Source: Planctomycetota bacterium (GTDB lineage Bacteria; Planctomycetota; UBA8108; UBA1146; JAJFFE01). From it: 64,000 nucleotides of DNA. Location: assembly GCA_039028735.1 (NCBI GenBank), contig JBCCHQ010000011.1, positions 7,127 through 71,126 of the forward strand, read 5' to 3'. Every line of letters starts with the position of its first letter. The stretch's first letter is position 1. This document shows positions 49,506 to 59,663 of this stretch, one piece after another. Made by a program: the position numbers and the translations under genes. The notes under the pieces are model-generated. The model was not told the DNA's origin and did not search any database. It worked only from the letters and a program-made list of their open reading frames with translations.

Positions 49506-50798
49506 TCATTGGTTCGAGCGCTGTCCGGAATCTGCCACAGCCGCTTCGAGTGAAGACAAGATCGCCGTCGTCCCCTGATCGAGCTCGCTGCTCAGCTCGA
49601 GTTGCCAGCCCGCTCGGCTCGCAATGCAGTCGACGATCGAAAGACCCAGGCCGATGCCCTCTTTGCGGTCGCCACGGACCCATGGCTCCGTGACTCGTGC
49701 TAGTAGGTCATCGGTGATCCCGGCTCCGGTGTCTGCCACGACAATCCGCTGAGGATCCACAGACACTCGAATCGAACCCGTGGCTGTGTGGGTGATCGCG
49801 TTCTCGACGAGATTCAGGATCGCCACGATCCAAGCGGCACGCGGGCGCGGCAGCGCGTCCACAGCATCGGGGCCAATGGTACAGTCCAACTGAACCTGTG
49901 CAGAAAGACCCGGGCGCAACTCGTCGATCGCATCTGTAAGAGTCTCGTGAAAGTCATCTCGACCGAGAGTCACCAGCGCCTGCTCACGCCGGTGCAGCCA
50001 CAAGAGTGTCCGGACCGCATGCTCCATCCGGCTCACGTTTCGCGACACGCGTTCGATCTTGTCTTGCCACTGCGCTGCGCCCCCGGGACCTGCTGCTCGA
50101 ACCACGTCGACAACCCCACGCAACGTCTGCAAGGGAGTGCGTAGCTCGTGGGCGGCGTCGCGGAGAAAGCCTCTTTCGCGAGCCACCAGGGCTTCGTTCT
50201 CCTGCACATAGTCGTCGAGTCGGCGAGCGACGAGTCCTATCTCGTCTCGACGAAAGCTGGCGGAGAAACCCTCTGGTAGCCCACGCGTCGTCTTGTTCTC
50301 CAGCACCTGGGCCAACTCGACAGCAGGAGTGACGATTCGACGTGCACTTGCCAGCGCCAGCCCCAGTGCAAGCAGCGTTGACACGAGCGCGCCCGAGAGC
50401 ACTGCTACCGTGATGAAGAACTTCGGGTCGTCCTCGGGTACCTGCAGAAACGCGACGACGCGACGCCCGTCCTCGGTCGTGTCGACGAGAACATGACGTT
50501 CTTGCGTGTTACCTGACAGCTCGTGTACACCGTCGGCACTATCGTCGACAAGAGCGGCCACATCAGCGGGAAGCGGCGAGGCCTCATCATAGACGCGAAC
50601 TACCGCGAACTCAGCTGGGAGTGGTCCGTCGGCATGAGCATCCACCGCAGACTGCAGCAAAGAGTCCATGGTGTAGTCTTGCGCGAAGAAGAAGAAGAGC
50701 CACAACAATAGGCCACTGCCTGCGGCAACGAAGCAACCCAGAACCAAGTGAGAGACGAGGAGCTGTCTCAAGATCGAGAACCGGTAGGCATCGGGCAC
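49506..50798 (-). CDS. Sensor histidine kinase (ColS-like)
   Basis: 2 TM, HAMP, AAHELRTPL, NLVENA, DTGAGI, GIGLGLSIV. Confidence 0.92.
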   Translation of the reverse strand: MPDAYRFSILRQLLVSHLVLGCFVAAGSGLLLWLFFFFAQDYTMDSLLQSAVDAHADGPLPAEFAVVRVYDEASPLPADVAALVDDSADGVHELSGNTQERHVLVDTTEDGRRVVAFLQVPEDDPKFFITVAVLSGALVSTLLALGLALASARRIVTPAVELAQVLENKTTRGLPEGFSASFRRDEIGLVARRLDDYVQENEALVARERGFLRDAAHELRTPLQTLRGVVDVVRAAGPGGAAQWQDKIERVSRNVSRMEHAVRTLLWLHRREQALVTLGRDDFHETLTDAIDELRPGLSAQVQLDCTIGPDAVDALPRPRAAWIVAILNLVENAITHTATGSIRVSVDPQRIVVADTGAGITDDLLARVTEPWVRGDRKEGIGLGLSIVDCIASRAGWQLELSSELDQGTTAILSSLEAAVADSGQRSNQ

Positions 50799-50800
50799 GC

Positions 50801-51490
50801 TCAGGCCTCCTTTCGGACGTCGGCAATTCGATAGCCCACGCCGTGCACCGTGTGGAGAAGCGCAACGTTGAATGGACGATCGATCGCCCGCCGCAAGTGG
50901 TAGATGTGTGTCCGCAGGACGTCCCGATCGTCCTCTTCGTCGTTCCAGATGATGCGCACGAGTTGTTCTCGTGGAACGACGGCGGGAGAGGCTCGCATCA
51001 AGACTTCGAGGATCAACATCCCAGTGCGATTCATTGCGATGGACACGCCCGCTCGGTGGACTTGCATAGTCTTGGTGTCGAACACGAGATCGAGGACCTC
51101 TAGTTGCGTCTCTCCGCTCCGTCGAGCGCGGCGGTCGATCGCGAGAACGCGCACTTCGAGTTCAGACAACGCGAACGGTTTGATCAGGTAGTCGTCGGTG
51201 CCAACGCGAAATCCTGCTAGACGATCTTCGAGGGCGTCACGAGCCGTCAGCATCAAGATCGGCGTTTCGCTGCGAGTCCCGGTGCGGAGCCGTCGGCACA
51301 CGTCCAGCCCATCCATACCGGGCAGGCCTAGATCCAGTACGATCGCATCCCACGCTTGCCGCTGTCCAAGTTCGAGTCCTTGGTGCCCATCATAGGCGTA
51401 GTGTACATCGTGACCCTTGGCGCTGAGGTACTCCCCCACAGTGGTTGCCAGGTCAAAGTCGTCTTCGATCAAGAGTAACCGCACGACCAC
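50801..51490 (-). CDS. OmpR-family response regulator (ColR-like)
   Basis: IEDD, VLDLGLPGMDG, MLTARD, DDYLIKPF, LRRAIDRPF..LLHTVHGVGY. Confidence 0.95.
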   Translation of the reverse strand: MVVRLLLIEDDFDLATTVGEYLSAKGHDVHYAYDGHQGLELGQRQAWDAIVLDLGLPGMDGLDVCRRLRTGTRSETPILMLTARDALEDRLAGFRVGTDDYLIKPFALSELEVRVLAIDRRARRSGETQLEVLDLVFDTKTMQVHRAGVSIAMNRTGMLILEVLMRASPAVVPREQLVRIIWNDEEDDRDVLRTHIYHLRRAIDRPFNVALLHTVHGVGYRIADVRKEA

Positions 51491-51492
51491 CC

Positions 51493-52362
51493 CTAGAACC
51501 TGTAGCGTACGCCGAGAAAGCCCTCGAACCCAAACCGACTCCCCTCGTCGTCGATCAGAGGAGTGTCCGCCGCCTTGTCGAAATAGTACTCCATCTCAGT
51601 GCCCAGCAGCACACTCCAACCATCGGTGACGAAGTACTCTGCCTCGACACCGAACGTCGACGACTTCCAACCACCGCCGGGCTCGTAGTGTGCGTACGCT
51701 GTTGTGGCCGCCTCTGCGCGCTCGATGCCAAACTCGTTGTCCATGTGAGTACCGTCGCCCAAGCTCACATCCAGAACCGCAGCTACGCGGAGCCTCTCGT
51801 CCAGAAGGACGCGGTCGTATCCCAACGCTACGAAGCCGACGAACCCCTTTCCTCTTCCGAGCAAATCAGGCTGTGCGACCGCGGCGATCGAGAAGTCACC
51901 GAACCGATAGCCCAGCGTTGCCTGCAACTCTACCGTCGCGTCTTGGTCATCGAGGCCAGTCAGTGCGTCATTGTCATCAGACTCGCGCCCTTCTTCGTAC
52001 TCGAACTTCAGCTGTAGGACGGTGTCTTCGGTCAGGTCGAAGCTCGAGTTCCATTGACCCAGGCTCAAGCTGTGCCGGTTCTCCCACGGGTCCACATAGA
52101 GGACACGCAAGTCCAGTTCGGGCTCCGTCTCGTAGTCGTCAGAGCCAACGTAGTCCGGCGCGAGCTCCGCCCCAACGAAGCCATCGAAGTACCAAGTCTT
52201 TTCAGCACTTTCGCGGTACCAGGGGCTGTTGGGGTTGTAGCTCTGGGAGCTCCGCCCTTCCACGACCTCGACGGGCGTCGCCTCCAGGTACGAACGATCG
52301 GACTGCAGCCGACAGCCAACAACAACAGGCAAGATCAGAAAACAGAGCAACACACCTCGCAT
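51493..52362 (-). CDS. MipA/OmpV family outer-membrane protein
   Basis: APDYVGSDDYE motif, amphipathic beta strands, C-terminal GVRYRF; GAAAGGAG RBS. Confidence 0.85.
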   Translation of the reverse strand: MRGVLLCFLILPVVVGCRLQSDRSYLEATPVEVVEGRSSQSYNPNSPWYRESAEKTWYFDGFVGAELAPDYVGSDDYETEPELDLRVLYVDPWENRHSLSLGQWNSSFDLTEDTVLQLKFEYEEGRESDDNDALTGLDDQDATVELQATLGYRFGDFSIAAVAQPDLLGRGKGFVGFVALGYDRVLLDERLRVAAVLDVSLGDGTHMDNEFGIERAEAATTAYAHYEPGGGWKSSTFGVEAEYFVTDGWSVLLGTEMEYYFDKAADTPLIDDEGSRFGFEGFLGVRYRF

Positions 52363-52424
52363 GACAATACTCCTTTCTCGGGGCGGCACTACCGCTCCAC
52401 GAGCCCGAAGCTAGCCACACGCAT

Positions 52425-52440
52425 GTCAACTACGCGTCAA
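52425..52440 (-). promoter_or_regulatory. Candidate OmpR/ColR-type direct-repeat box
   Basis: Minus strand TTGAC-N6-TTGAC (11-bp period), 63-78 nt upstream of the mipA-like ATG. Confidence 0.5.
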
Positions 52441-52681
52441 ATCTGCGGCACGCACGCCCAAGAGTCGCGGCATGGAGTGGGATGCACGCACTCCACTGCG
52501 GGTCAGTGTCTCCGGGACCCGCTTCGGGTCACTCGCTCGCTTGGCGATGCTCGCGTGACACAACGGCGAGAACGCAACGCGAGTCACAACTTCCGCGGTT
52601 TCCAGCTTCCTCGGTTGATCTGACCCCAAACTGCATACACAGTAGAGAGCTCGTTCCGGAGAACATGGCGAAAGGGTTCCG

Positions 52682-54511
52682 ATGCGAGTATGGGCAGCCA
52701 TCCTTCTGAGTGTCTTGATCTGCCACCCGTTGGCAGCCGTCAACGAGCTCCACGTCACGAACGCGAGCCTCGACGGTGAAGGGCCGCACGACGGCCAAGT
52801 CTGCGTTGTGACTGACAACCTTCTGGTTGCCTACTCTCTCAGGGTGCAGTATCCGCCCACCGACGTAGCAGTTTCCAACGTCCACATAGACACGACCTAT
52901 CTCGCCACGGTGAATGCCAATCCAGATCTATTCGTTGTGCAGATCGACAACACTGCGGGCGTCTTCACACTCGAGTACGCAATTGACACCACTCCTCCGT
53001 TCAGCGGTGTCCCGTTGAGCCCAATTCCCAGCTGCCAGGACCTCGCTTACTTCGAGTACTCCGCATTTCCGATCGTGGCGCCACTGAGTGTCGATTGGTC
53101 CTTCGTGGACGGACTCACTGGATCTCCCCCCGTCGTCAACGAGCTGCAGTTCTTGGATGGCACGAGCGTGGCGGTCGGAAGCGGACTTGGGCTCTTCTCC
53201 GGCGTGCATCAGATTGCACCTTCTCTGCGATTCACATTGACCGAGGGTGGGCTGATCGAACCGAATTCTTCCGACGTCGTCGGCGTATGCGCCGTCAACA
53301 TCGCGGGACCGTGGGAAGGGTTTTTTGTAGCTTTGAGCCACGGGGACCTCTTCCTTCAGTCGATCGACATAGATCCAGCGGTTACGTCGCAACTCTTGAT
53401 TGAGTTCATGGAAACGACGCTCGACAACGTGTCGGGAGGCGGAGCAGTCACGGCGATTTTCGACGCCAATCCGCCGTTCGGCGGACAGGTCATCGCGCCG
53501 GGTTCCAGCCCATTGCGCTTGGCGAATTTCACGTACTCTTGCACCAACCATCCTACCCACCCGCAGCCGAATGAGACCAAGCTCATCAGCTTCAGCGATG
53601 GCCAGTTCGGCTTCCCTCCTGTCGACAACGGAGCGCTGATCGCTGGCCAGTCGCGACCACCATTCGCGACCAACGGTTCGATCGATTGCCGAGCGATCTT
53701 TCCTCCAGCAGATGCCACGTTCACCTGCGGTCCAGCAGGTGACCCAACCGCGGTAGGATCAGCAGTAGCAGCAGCAGGAACGACCCTCGCCCTGGGCTTC
53801 TACTACAGTGAGAGCAACTATGAGGTCACGGCGTTCGAGTTGGCAGTGGCAATGGACTGCTTGCTGGAACCACAAGTGGGCTCCTTCTCGGTGCAGGGCA
53901 CCGTCGCCGCAGCCGCCGAGTTCGTGAATGCTGCGTTCGATGTTGACCCCAACGATGGCGACGGCTGTGAGTTTATTGCGGCAGTCGTTCTGGACTACGT
54001 ACCGCCTTTCGATCAAACCCCGCTGCCGGTGGCCTCCGATCTAAGCGAGTTTGCGCGGCTCGATGTTCAGGTGAGCTCGTTTGCGACGACGGGTTCAGTG
54101 TTGATGGTAGACCTTGTCGATGGAATCAACGGCCCTGGCGGCTCACCGTTCTCAAACTCGTTGACCGCTGTGCAACCACCAAGTCTCGCCAATCTGCCGA
54201 TTGCGAATCTTCTGCCGTGCGCCATTCATGTGGAAGTCCCGTTCGTGAGAGGCGACATCAATGCGGACGGGTCAATAAACCTCGCCGACGCAATCTTCCT
54301 GCTGACGTTTCTGTTCCAAAGTGGGACACCGCCGACATGCTCAGCTGCCGCTGACTCCAACTACGATGACGGCGTCGACATCGGCGACGCCATTCATCTG
54401 TTGACGTTTGTTTTCCTTGGTGGCGCCCCACCGTCGGCACCCCATCCACAGTGCGGCGCTGGGTCGCCATCGAGCCTTGATTGCGGTGCGTTCGCACCCT
54501 GCACTCCATAG
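52682..54511 (+). CDS. Secreted protein with three cohesin-like modules and a C-terminal dockerin-like domain
   Basis: Signal peptide; three ~155-aa beta-rich units sharing DxxPPF and (F/L)xDG...GxP..xN; FVRGDINADGSINLADAI...DSNYDDGVDIGDAI. Confidence 0.75.
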   Translation: MRVWAAILLSVLICHPLAAVNELHVTNASLDGEGPHDGQVCVVTDNLLVAYSLRVQYPPTDVAVSNVHIDTTYLATVNANPDLFVVQIDNTAGVFTLEYAIDTTPPFSGVPLSPIPSCQDLAYFEYSAFPIVAPLSVDWSFVDGLTGSPPVVNELQFLDGTSVAVGSGLGLFSGVHQIAPSLRFTLTEGGLIEPNSSDVVGVCAVNIAGPWEGFFVALSHGDLFLQSIDIDPAVTSQLLIEFMETTLDNVSGGGAVTAIFDANPPFGGQVIAPGSSPLRLANFTYSCTNHPTHPQPNETKLISFSDGQFGFPPVDNGALIAGQSRPPFATNGSIDCRAIFPPADATFTCGPAGDPTAVGSAVAAAGTTLALGFYYSESNYEVTAFELAVAMDCLLEPQVGSFSVQGTVAAAAEFVNAAFDVDPNDGDGCEFIAAVVLDYVPPFDQTPLPVASDLSEFARLDVQVSSFATTGSVLMVDLVDGINGPGGSPFSNSLTAVQPPSLANLPIANLLPCAIHVEVPFVRGDINADGSINLADAIFLLTFLFQSGTPPTCSAAADSNYDDGVDIGDAIHLLTFVFLGGAPPSAPHPQCGAGSPSSLDCGAFAPCTP

Positions 54512-54561
54512 CCGCTCAGCAGCAAGCGCAAGCTTCATTGCCGAGATCCAACGCAGTTGAA

Positions 54562-57216
54562 CTATGTCTTGCTCGCCGGGAACAGCGAACGGCCGCCGAG
54601 CGCGGCGTAGTAGCTCCACGCGCCAAAGACAATCAACACGCCGACCGCCGTCAGGAGCGGCGTCGCATGCCAGGCGCCGAGAGCGGTCGATCCTGTTTGC
54701 ATGAGCGCGGACCCGGCAAACAACGTCGCCCAGGCAGCGACAAGTCCGAAACGCTGTTGCACGTACAAGATTCCAGCCGCGCGGATGGCAGAGATCGCAA
54801 ACGCGACGACCACATCGTGGCGTTCAACGAGCGGTGGCGAAGCGAGGATCGCAATCAACGGCCATGCTACAGCGAGCGCCAGCCATTGCTTGCGCACGGC
54901 GAGCTGCAGGAGAAGTGGCAAGAGCGTCACGGCCAGTGCGCCGACCATCGCGATCAAACCGTAGAGCGCGAGCGACCCCAAGATGCCTCGAGCGCTCATC
55001 ACGGGCCAGGCTGCGGTCAGATAGGGCGCCGTTCCTTGCGCAACGTCCACGCCGATGCCGAGCAGCGAACCGCCCGAAGCCAGCAACGCCCCGGTCGAGA
55101 ACCCCACGAGAAGATCGCGCCCGACGATCGGATCTCGCCAACGACCCGCGACCAGGCGTTGCCAGGCGACCAGCCGATGCGGCGACCGGCGACGCACGAA
55201 CGGCTCGAGTGCAAGATACAGCAACCAAGCAACCGCAGCCCAGAACAGCCCCAGGGCAATGGCGCCAAATCCACTGGCGACAAGCTCCGGACTTGGGTTC
55301 GGAAGCCGACTGATCGACAGCAGCCAGTAGACCGTGTGGCAGGTCAACACGATCAGCGCCGCCCAGTTCGCACCACGTCGGTCACCGCGACCTTGGCGCA
55401 AGTGTCGCAGCGCAATCAGCACGAAAACGCACGCCAAGACCAACAAACCGAAACCGATCCAAGCTTCCCCCACTGGACGTTGATCGGCGACCAGCGCGAA
55501 CTCCGGAGTATGCCATGGGTAGCCCGTATCGAACGCAACGACGCGATTGCGAAGCGCGCGCCCCTCGACTCGGATAACCGTGGGTTTGTCATCGCTAGCA
55601 GTACCAAACCACGTGTGCTGTTCGTCGGTATCGCAGTAGACGACCCAATTCCAATCGGTCGGCGCAGCCGTTTCCTGGAAGCGATCGATGTCTAGACCAG
55701 CGCGTTCGAACAGGCGTCCCCAGTCAACCGGAGGGCGCGGAGCCGCCTCGGTTGTCAGCAGATCGCGTGCTGGCGGGCGGGCAATGAAGTCGTTGAGGCG
55801 CCCCTGCATGTCCAACCGGAGCGCCAAAGAATCGACGGGAGCTTCGGGGTTGTGGTACGTCGCAGGATTTAGATACACGCCAGCGACCGGGTGCGGATGC
55901 AGCGACTGCGAACTCTGTCGGTACCAGAAACGCAGAAGGGCTGGCGCTGAGCCCAGCGGCGACCACCGATCCAGCGATCGTGATCGATCCGCGAGGTAGC
56001 GCAAGTACCTGGTATCCGGCGCGACTCCCCAAACTCGATCGTAGGTATCGGTTGAGTATCCCAACTCCTCGACGATCTCGCGTGCCGTCTGCTCCAGCGC
56101 TTCGGGGCGCTGCGGCGCAGCGATCTTCGTGAACATCGATCGTTCCTCGGCAACAAAGAAGCTGCCGACCAAACTGAGGACCAGAACTCCGATCAAGACC
56201 GCCCCGACTGCGGGTCGCAGCCACTCTCTACGATCTCCAGCTGCCGCGACCATGTCTGGAGAGGGGGTCTCGCCCGCCTCGAGCGCTGCAGCAAGCGGAT
56301 CGCCGCCGGGTAGTGCGGCGGCGACCGCGAACGCGGACTCGGGACGCAGCGCGGGATCTTTCTGCAGGCAGCGCATGATCACACGCTCGACCACTGGGTC
56401 GACGTCTTCGACAAGGTCGGTCATCGGCGTCACCGCGCTCGATTCGTGCGCGGCACGAAACTCTTGGCGGCTCAAGCCATCCACAGCGGTGCGACCCGTG
56501 AAAATCTCGTACAAGACCAGGCCCAGCGCGTAGAGGTCTGCCTGCGGCGTTGGAGCGGCGCCCGCGAACTGCTCTGGTGCCATGTACGCTGGGGTGCCGA
56601 CGATCTTATTGGGTTGCGCAGTGGAGTCAGCGAGCGCCGCAATCCCGAAGTCCGTGATGCGCACGTTCCCGCGACCATCCAGCATGACGTTCGCGGGTTT
56701 CAGGTCACGGTGAATCACGCCTTGGGCATGGGCAGCGGCAAGGCCTGCGCACAACTGCCGCGCGATCTGCACGGCTTTGTCGACCGGCAAGCGACCAATT
56801 CGCCGCAGTAAGCTGCTGAGGTCCTCGCCATCTACGTACTCCATCGTCAGGAAGGAGCGTCCATCCATCTCGACGATGTCGAACGTGCGGCAGACATGCT
56901 GGTGGGCGACTTCGCGCGCCACCCGTACTTCGGCACGGATACGCGCTATCCACTCTGGGTCGGCAGCCCGCGTCGGCGGCAAGAACTTCAGCGCCACGGA
57001 AACCCCAAGGGTCAGGTCGTCCGCGCGATAGACCTCGCCCATCCCACCCGAACCGAGGCGTGAGATGATGCGAAAGCGCCCACCCAGTACGTCGCCGGCT
57101 GCAACGCTTTCGGCACCACTAGGCGGAGTTGGCCCCGGAGCCGCCTGCGTTTCGTCCGGATCGTGGAAGTCCGCACCAGCGGTGTTGTCTGCGGAGCTCT
57201 CTACCATAGAGCGCAT
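54562..57216 (-). CDS. Hanks-type Ser/Thr kinase with extracytoplasmic domain and polytopic membrane C-terminus
   Basis: LGSGGMGEVY, VALK, HRDLKPAN, DFG, GTPAYMAPE; one TM, ~230-aa loop, then many TMs. Confidence 0.92.
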   Translation of the reverse strand: MRSMVESSADNTAGADFHDPDETQAAPGPTPPSGAESVAAGDVLGGRFRIISRLGSGGMGEVYRADDLTLGVSVALKFLPPTRAADPEWIARIRAEVRVAREVAHQHVCRTFDIVEMDGRSFLTMEYVDGEDLSSLLRRIGRLPVDKAVQIARQLCAGLAAAHAQGVIHRDLKPANVMLDGRGNVRITDFGIAALADSTAQPNKIVGTPAYMAPEQFAGAAPTPQADLYALGLVLYEIFTGRTAVDGLSRQEFRAAHESSAVTPMTDLVEDVDPVVERVIMRCLQKDPALRPESAFAVAAALPGGDPLAAALEAGETPSPDMVAAAGDRREWLRPAVGAVLIGVLVLSLVGSFFVAEERSMFTKIAAPQRPEALEQTAREIVEELGYSTDTYDRVWGVAPDTRYLRYLADRSRSLDRWSPLGSAPALLRFWYRQSSQSLHPHPVAGVYLNPATYHNPEAPVDSLALRLDMQGRLNDFIARPPARDLLTTEAAPRPPVDWGRLFERAGLDIDRFQETAAPTDWNWVVYCDTDEQHTWFGTASDDKPTVIRVEGRALRNRVVAFDTGYPWHTPEFALVADQRPVGEAWIGFGLLVLACVFVLIALRHLRQGRGDRRGANWAALIVLTCHTVYWLLSISRLPNPSPELVASGFGAIALGLFWAAVAWLLYLALEPFVRRRSPHRLVAWQRLVAGRWRDPIVGRDLLVGFSTGALLASGGSLLGIGVDVAQGTAPYLTAAWPVMSARGILGSLALYGLIAMVGALAVTLLPLLLQLAVRKQWLALAVAWPLIAILASPPLVERHDVVVAFAISAIRAAGILYVQQRFGLVAAWATLFAGSALMQTGSTALGAWHATPLLTAVGVLIVFGAWSYYAALGGRSLFPASKT

Positions 57217-57689
57217 CTAACACGCGCGCAGGCGCGGGTGCCACCGAAACAGCCGCGGCGACAACCAATCACGCTACGACTGGTACCGCCTGCAGACACT
57301 TCGCTCTACCGCCTGGCACCGGCACGTGCCTGTGGCCAGATCTACCGTCGGGGTAGGCACGGTTCTGCGAGTTGGCAGATGACACTAACGATGTCGCTTC
57401 CCCGGCGTCCGAGTATTTGCGTTAACTCTATGTAATCCTGCACCTAGTTTGATCGTTGCGACCCTAGACAGCCAAGGCATCCCAAAGGACCGCGCCCCTG
57501 GCCCCACGAACAAAGGGACAATCACGCCGGCGCGGGACGGCCAAGCTTGTAGAGACGCACCTAGATTGTTAGTCTCTGCATGTGGGCCGGGGGGCACCGC
57601 TGAACGAACACGCCGAGTACTTCTACTCCCGGACTCCGTGAATTTTTCATAGCGACGATCGCTGTTCCCACAGTTCCAGGAGCAATCGG

Positions 57690-59642
57690 ATGAGCAGACC
57701 CCTCGAAGCGATGATCGTTCGCGACATCGACGGTCGCAAGCTTGCCCGCATCAACACCGTCTTTGCGCAACGGTTCGGCTTCGAGGTGGCCGATCTCGTG
57801 GAGCTGCCGCTCCGCGAGTGGATCCATCCAGCAGACCAAGAAGCATTCGATGCCGCTCTCTCGGCCGGCCGTGGAGCGTTGCGAGCACGACATCGCACGC
57901 GAGACAACGGTTGGGAGTGGCTTTCTTGGCGCTTGAAAACCACGGACTCGGGACGACATGCCTTGGGGATTGCGCGGTGTCCTGAAGCTGACGAACCAAC
58001 CGTGCACGCCGGGAGCAGCCTCGGGGACAGCGTAGAGATTGCTGAGACGTTGCGCGAAGTCGCGCTGATTGTGGAAGATCAGCACAACGGGATGAAGTGT
58101 TCTATCCTGCTGCTGAACGAGGCCGGCGATGCGGTCCGGGTCGGTGCCGGGCCCAGCCTACCAGCAGAGTACAACGCCGCTGTCGAAGGGTTGAAGATCG
58201 GCCCGGGCGTCGGCTCCTGCGGCACTGCCGCATTCTGGAACGAACGCGTCGTCGTGGACAACATCCAGACGGACCCGCTGTGGGTCGACCTCAAAGAGCA
58301 TGCACGCGCAGCCGGGGTCGGCTCCTGTTGGTCTCAACCCATCACCGATCGCGAGGGCAAGGTTCTCGGAGCAATGGCGCTCTACGACGCCGGGCCTAGA
58401 GTGCCCACACAAGCGGAGCTGGACGGCCTCGAGGCTGCAGCACGGATTGTCGGGCTCGCGATCCAACGACGGCAGGCCGAGGATGCGCTGCGAGCGATGG
58501 AGCGCCAACTGCATGAAGCGGCAAAGATGGAGGCACTCGGAGTTCTTGCTGGAGGCGTCGCCCACGACTTCAACAACATGCTGGCGACGGTGCTCGGCAA
58601 TGTCGAGTTGGCCGCCATGAAGAGCAGTCCATCTTCTGAGGTGACTCCTCTTCTCCGAGAGGCAGTCATCGCTGTGCAAAGAGCCACCGAGCTCTGCAAT
58701 CAGATGCTCGCTTATGCTGGACGTGGCCTTCTCACAACGCAACGGCTCGAGCTCAATGCGCTCGTCAGTCAGATCGGCAGCCTGCTCCGCAGTGCGATCT
58801 CGAAGAAGGCCAACCTGATCTACAACTTCTCGAGCGCTGACCTGTACGTGGAAGCCGACGAAACGCAACTACGACAGGTGGTCATGAACCTGATCACCAA
58901 CGCGGCAGAGTCCCTGATGAATGAGTGCGGAACGGTGACCGTCACTACGGGCGTACGACGATTCAGCGCACGCGACTTGGAGCCAAAGGGATCTCACCGG
59001 CTGGCTCCTGGCAACTACGTCGAACTAACAGTGACTGACAATGGTATTGGCATGGACGCGATGACCCGCGAGCGGATCTTCGACCCCTTCTTCACGACGA
59101 AACCTTCCGGGCGCGGCCTTGGCCTAGCTGCAGTGCAGGGAATCGTGCACCGACACCACGGCACGGTTTTGTTGGAGACAGCTGTCGGCAAGGGATCCGC
59201 CTTCACTGTGTTGCTGCCGCTGCGCAGCGCGAAGGCACCCGCCGAATCGACACCGGCAGGTGGCGAACCAGCAACCACACGAAAGTGCGTGTTGGTCGTC
59301 GACGATGAACCCAATGTGCGGCAAGCTCTGTCGGCGATTTTGAGACACTCTGGCTTCGAGGTCTTGGGTGCCAGCGACGGCGAGGAAGCCATTGAGTTGT
59401 TTCGGCGCGAAGCCACGAACATCAGCTGCGTGCTGCTCGACTACAGCATGCCCAAGATGGATGGCGAAGAGACCTTCCGCGCGTTGCAGGCGATTCGCCC
59501 CGACGTGCGCGTTGTCTTGAGCAGTGGATTCACTGAGCAAGAGATCCTCGACCGCTTCCGTGGTGCCGGGTTGGCGGGTGTGGTGCAGAAGCCAACGCCC
59601 GCACGCGTACTCATCGAGAAGGTCGGGATGGCGCTCGGCTGA
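57690..59642 (+). CDS. Hybrid histidine kinase (PAS-GAF-HisKA-HATPase-REC)
   Basis: WIHPAD, GSCGTAAF, AGGVAHDFNN, NLITNA, DPFFTTK, VVDDE...DYSMP. Confidence 0.93.
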   Translation: MSRPLEAMIVRDIDGRKLARINTVFAQRFGFEVADLVELPLREWIHPADQEAFDAALSAGRGALRARHRTRDNGWEWLSWRLKTTDSGRHALGIARCPEADEPTVHAGSSLGDSVEIAETLREVALIVEDQHNGMKCSILLLNEAGDAVRVGAGPSLPAEYNAAVEGLKIGPGVGSCGTAAFWNERVVVDNIQTDPLWVDLKEHARAAGVGSCWSQPITDREGKVLGAMALYDAGPRVPTQAELDGLEAAARIVGLAIQRRQAEDALRAMERQLHEAAKMEALGVLAGGVAHDFNNMLATVLGNVELAAMKSSPSSEVTPLLREAVIAVQRATELCNQMLAYAGRGLLTTQRLELNALVSQIGSLLRSAISKKANLIYNFSSADLYVEADETQLRQVVMNLITNAAESLMNECGTVTVTTGVRRFSARDLEPKGSHRLAPGNYVELTVTDNGIGMDAMTRERIFDPFFTTKPSGRGLGLAAVQGIVHRHHGTVLLETAVGKGSAFTVLLPLRSAKAPAESTPAGGEPATTRKCVLVVDDEPNVRQALSAILRHSGFEVLGASDGEEAIELFRREATNISCVLLDYSMPKMDGEETFRALQAIRPDVRVVLSSGFTEQEILDRFRGAGLAGVVQKPTPARVLIEKVGMALG

Positions 59643-59663
59643 TCGTGTTGACTACCTAGCCGA

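Noticed and set aside
57313-57368. TGGCAC/AGGCAC sigma-54-like motifs upstream of the hybrid kinase
   Set aside because: GG-to-GC spacing is 11 or 9 nt, not the required 10.
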